Assembly: GCF_006345805.1 (NCBI RefSeq)
Contig: NC_043014.1
Span: 9,300,001 to 9,364,000 of the forward strand
Direction: 5' to 3'
Length of the DNA: 64,000 nucleotides
From: Octopus sinensis
Taxonomy: Eukaryota
Shown: piece after piece, positions 59,415 through 64,000 of the stretch
Layout of the letters: the number at the start of each line of letters is the position of its first letter
How positions within the stretch are numbered: position 1 is the stretch's first letter
Notes under the pieces: model-generated
What the model was told of the DNA's origin: nothing
The model's database searches: none
Seen by the model: only the letters and a program-made list of their open reading frames with translations
Made by a program: the position numbers and the translations under genes

Positions 59415-59638
59415 TTTTTTGTGCTTGTTTCAGTCATTTGACTGCGGCCATGCTGGAGCACCGCCTTTAGAGTGGTGAAAGAGTACAGCAGGGATCACCA
59501 CCATCCCCTGCCGGAGCCTCGTGGAGCTTTTAGGTGTTTTCGCTCAATAAACACACACAACGCCCGGTCTGGGAATCGAAACAGCGATCCTCCGACCGCA
59601 AGTCCGCTGCCCTAACCACTGGGTCATTGCGCCTCCAC
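59415..59638 (-). mobile_element. SINE C 5' part (59471-59638) abutting a SINE A 3' end (59415-59470)
   Basis: Direct match to both families. Confidence 0.82.
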
Positions 59639-60477
59639 AGCTATCTTGTATCAAATAATTTAATATCCGAAAATACCTCGTTGCATTTGTTTCATCGACA
59701 TGCAATAAGCCATTAATGAAAAATGAATTTTAATAAACTAGTTTCTGAATTTCCTATTTATCAAGGATATAAAGCTAGGAAATGGACCTGAATAAAACTC
59801 AGGGATCATTTCTTAAATTTTAGCATTAAATAGTGAATGTGACAGAGGTAAAGTGATAAACGAGACAACACAAACGACCTATAATATTAATAAGTTAATC
59901 CACCCTTCATATATGGAATATATTCTTGGAACACATCGCTGCACATAAGTATGAAGTTAACGTTACTGGGAAGTAATATAATAAATCTCTACTTTATAAA
60001 AAATGCTTACAAAAGTGAAACTGAAAGCTGACTACGAAACTCAATTACTAAGTTTTGTGAATTAGCCAGAGAGCTTGCTAATAATATTCCTTAATACTGA
60101 AGTAGTGCTTAAAGATCAAACATAGATAAGAGATTTCTTTCATATGGTATTATAAAAGCTTAATGCACACGCGTATTTGCATACGTATACATGATCCATA
60201 TACATATACGTATGGATGTATGCATGTATGTTTGTGCATACATATATGCACGCACGTAAATGCATGTATAAGTATATACTTATTTATATACAAAAACGTG
60301 CATTAGCTGATAAGCGTCTCGTTCTCGTGAAAATGGCAATCTATATCAGTGATATTAAAAACAGGAACATTAACACAGTAAAAAACGGGCTGAAAATTCT
60401 TAAAGTTATCTATTGCGTCGAAGAAAGCAATTATCAACAATGCATACTTACAGCCAAACTCATATATCTGTAATATA

Positions 60478-60509
60478 TGTGTATGTGTGTGTGTGTGTGT
60501 GTATAATAA

Positions 60510-60607
<98 letters not shown>

Positions 60608-60612
60608 GCCTG

Positions 60613-60643
<31 letters not shown>

Positions 60644-60653
60644 GTCTGTCTAT

Positions 60654-60703
<50 letters not shown>

Positions 60704-60721
60704 GTCTGTCTGCCTGCCTGC

Positions 60722-60771
<50 letters not shown>

Positions 60772-60798
60772 GGCTGTCTGGCTGTCCGTCTGCCTGCC

Positions 60799-60844
<46 letters not shown>

Positions 60845-60878
60845 TATATATATATCTGGCTGGCTGTCTGTCCGTCTG

Positions 60879-60917
<39 letters not shown>

Positions 60918-60928
60918 CTCTCTGTATA

Positions 60929-61019
<91 letters not shown>

Positions 61020-61030
61020 TACGTATGTAT
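60478..61030. repeat. (ATCT)/(GTCT)/(GCCT)/(TA) microsatellite mosaic
   Basis: Direct reading. Confidence 0.95.
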
Positions 61031-61291
61031 ATAGGTAGGGTAGAAAGTGGGAGAGAAATAGATAGAACGACTAGTAGAAAGAGTAAGTTAGTCACAAAAT
61101 GGAAGTAATGATTGATAGAGTGCCGACGGCCGAGATAATTAAGAGCAAGTGTTTTACATAGAAGATACTTAGAGAAAGACGGACAAAAACGCGGTGGAGA
61201 AAAATAACCACCATAGGAATAGGAGCAGAACCACAAGTTAGATAGATAGATAGATAGGTAGATATATAGATAGACAGAGAGAGAGAGGGGA

Positions 61292-61326
<35 letters not shown>

Positions 61327-61800
61327 ATATGAGAGGGAAAGGGAAGAAAAGCGTTCAATTATATGTTAATAAATGAGACTCTGTGTTACGTTTATTTATC
61401 TAGATTCGACTCTTCTCGTTATGATTGCTAAAATAAATATTGTTTATCATCAGCTTACAAGTAATTTAATTTCTGGATAAGAGAACATAGAAGTTAGATA
61501 ATGAAGAAGCGTGGATAAAACGACTAGATCAAAGGAATGTTATTCTTTTCTATAATCCTGATTCAGAAATAGAAATCGGAATAGAGGCATCTGATTATCG
61601 TATAGTCATGCTACGTTGATTTCGACTTGATTAAAACATTCCAGTGAAATAATTTACACTGTTGCAGTTCGGTAGAAGGGATCAGGGTTCGATATTTAAG
61701 TAAAACAAATAGAAGTTCGAAACAGCATTCAAGAAACTAATCCTTCTTTCAAGTGTACGTGTATATCACTGCAAATTTAGACACATATATATGAAGTATT

Positions 61801-62108
61801 GTGGAGACACATGGCCTAGTGGTTAGAACAGCGGATTCGCGGTTGAGGGGTCGCGGGTTTGAATCTCAGGCCGGGCGATGTGTGTGTTTATGAGCGAAAC
61901 ACCTAAGCTCCATGCGGCTCCGGCAGAAGGTAATTGCTGACTCTTTCTGCTGACTCTTTCGCCACAACTTTCTCTCACTCTTTCCTCTTGCACCTTGCAG
62001 CTCACCTGCGACGGACTAGCGTCCCGTCCATGTGGGGAATCTATACGCCAAGGAAACCGGGAAACCGGCTATTATGAGGTAGGCGTGGCTCCAGAAGGAA
62101 CAAACAAC
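61801..62108 (+). mobile_element. SINE family C (centre X, tail 1)
   Basis: 13-bp TSD TATATGAA(G/A)TATT at 61788-61800 and 62109-62121. Confidence 0.9.
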
Positions 62109-62140
62109 TATATGAAATATTGACTGGCTATTGACACTAT

Positions 62141-62333
62141 CTTCTCCTACTCTTCTCCTCTGGAAGCCATCTACTCGCAATACCAGAGGGCGCACACTCT
62201 CCTACCCTGATGTAATATCCAGGGATACAGGCATCCAGCAACAGGACCTCCGTAATGCCATGATGGACCGTGAAGTCTGGCGTAGCATGGTAAATTCCAT
62301 TGTCTCGACCACAGTCGAACAATGATGATGATG
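62141..62333 (+). mobile_element. Short 5'-truncated RTE-clade LINE, same family as 53301-53834
   Basis: About 8 differences over ~190 bp; 11-bp TSD ATTGACACTAT at 62130-62140 and 62334-62344. Confidence 0.92.
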
Positions 62334-63007
62334 ATTGACACTATTTAGTTCATTCTCCTTATTGGATTTTTTCTCCATCCCCCCAAAAAATGTGTAGAAA
62401 TTAAACCCCTCACCAAACAATCTTGGTGGGTTTCCCAGTTTGGCCGTCCCCTAAGAGAGCATACCATATAGTATACAGCATTACGTGCAACTAGTTTTCT
62501 TAGCACCATTTACGACTGAACTAACGGATATGACACAAATATGCGGCATGTATGCGGCATGTATGAATCTTACTATTTATGTTTCTCTTATGAATATCTA
62601 CGTGAGACCATATTCTGTACAGTTGAACAAGATACGAATAACATAGTCATGAGAATATAATACAATAAATTCGAGTTGGATTGAACAGTTCTGATATTGT
62701 CAGGGTTCCATAGAGGCACGTAAAAAGACGATATATCGTTAACATGATTCGGAAACTTCGGTTTAAAAGTTTCCGTGATTATATCCTAACTATAATAATA
62801 TATTGACTGGAAACAAATTGTCTATAATTTTCTGGCATAAATAGAAATGATTTATTCTCTACGGACGATCAATCATTAGCCTGCATATTGTTAAATTCAG
62901 GCTGAACTCATGCATTAAATACAGCCACTGATATTAGTAACTATATTGAATTTTTCTCCAAGGAAATATAAATTTATGCAAGGAAATAAGTTCTCACTGT
63001 TGCAGAC

Positions 63008-63168
63008 GTTTTCATTGGCTGGTGTCGGTAGAACTAAGTGTAGTTTAGATTTACCATACATGCATTAAGCTGTTGAATACATATAATTTGTTTTCATTGG
63101 CTGGTGTCGGTAGAACTAAGTGTAGTTTAGATTTACCATGCATGCATTAAGCTGTTAAATACATATAA
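63008..63168. repeat. 82-bp tandem duplication
   Basis: 63008-63089 repeated from 63090 with 2 substitutions. Confidence 0.92.
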
Positions 63169-63223
63169 TATATTTTCAAGATTTGCTTGAAACGTTTGAA
63201 TATATTTAGTAAAGACCAGGGTC

Positions 63224-63666
63224 GGATCTTTTTGGTTTGAACGGCAGTTTTTTCTAGCGGTGTCATATGAAATTGTCACCCATAAATATGACCTTAGTAT
63301 CGATCTATTGCATTTCAATCTGTTTTAGGGTTAGGGTTAGTTAGGATTAGGGTTAGGGTTAGGGGTGGGGGGAAGGGTATATTTTTCTCTTCAGAAATGT
63401 AAATAAATCCAATCTGTTTCTTAAATGAGGGACTTTATCATACGGCACAGAATGTTTTCACCTCCAATAGACGTCATTGATTGGTTGAAATTGCAGAAAT
63501 TGAAGAAGAAAAAAACAACAAATATCTTACAAACTATAGAATTTTCTCAATAAAGCCAAGAGAAAAACATGTTTTATAAACACATTCTACCAGTATACGA
63601 AGTTTAAAAGTGTTTAGTTACGTGGAAATTATTAAAAAAAACTGCCGGTCAAACCGAAAACATACC
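63224..63666. mobile_element. Non-autonomous TIR element carrying internal (TTAGGG)-like repeats
   Basis: TIRs ..TTT(T/C)GGTTTGA(A/C)CGGCAGTTTTTT at 63225-63253 and 63634-63662; TTAGGG cluster 63325-63364. Confidence 0.75.
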
Positions 63667-64000
63667 CAGTGTCCAAACCGAGAGTGCAGAGATACTGGAA
63701 ATGCTGTAGCGGTGACCAAAATTTCTTAATGGAAAATGTTTAGGGACGACATTTTGAAATATGCTTTTTCCTTTTACAGAATGGTTCGGTGTGATTTATC
63801 TGGAACTTGGCAGTTATTGTTTGATTGACAAGCCACAGCATACAAGCTTCCTTATTGATTCGTAGTTCTTTGTCATGGAACAGCTTGTAGTATTTCATAT
63901 GACATCGAGGCTTAGCCAGCCACACGAACTGAATGCAAAGAAATAGTAGGAAAACGTCTCTCAAATTATGACATGGAAGCTTAAATTATGAAGTACATTT

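Noticed and set aside
63325-63370. True telomere or fusion scar
   Set aside because: Only a few units, one orientation, enclosed by TIRs
63740-63964. 74-aa minus-strand ORF as hAT transposase fragment or exon
   Set aside because: Resemblance not convincing; no supporting motifs within the window

Overview
AT-rich, microsatellite-saturated eukaryotic DNA, most likely intronic or intergenic sequence of an octopod cephalopod (inferred from the tRNA-headed SINE families and repeat density; not verified by search). No host protein-coding gene can be supported; nearly all long ORFs in the track are translations of simple repeats. The window holds dozens of tRNA-derived SINEs (some in head-plus-tandem-body arrays), four near-full-length degenerate mariners plus Tc1, maT-like and DUF4817-type fragments, non-autonomous Helitrons, 3' ends of RTE, CR1/L2-like and R4/Dong-like LINEs, and a Penelope-like (PLE) RT fragment. 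The most notable signal is a set of type I hammerhead-ribozyme folds found by eye: canonical at 6082-6169 (+), 27332-27422 (-) and 55419-55487 (+), and variant or degraded at 40523-40575, 38528-38580, 25995-26030 and 24491-24526. All have a palindromic or near-palindromic helix III too short to close as a hairpin, the signature of dimer-cleaving PLE-type hammerheads, and two sit in fold-back insertions. Folds, alignments and identities were worked out by eye; coordinates of degenerate repeats are approximate.
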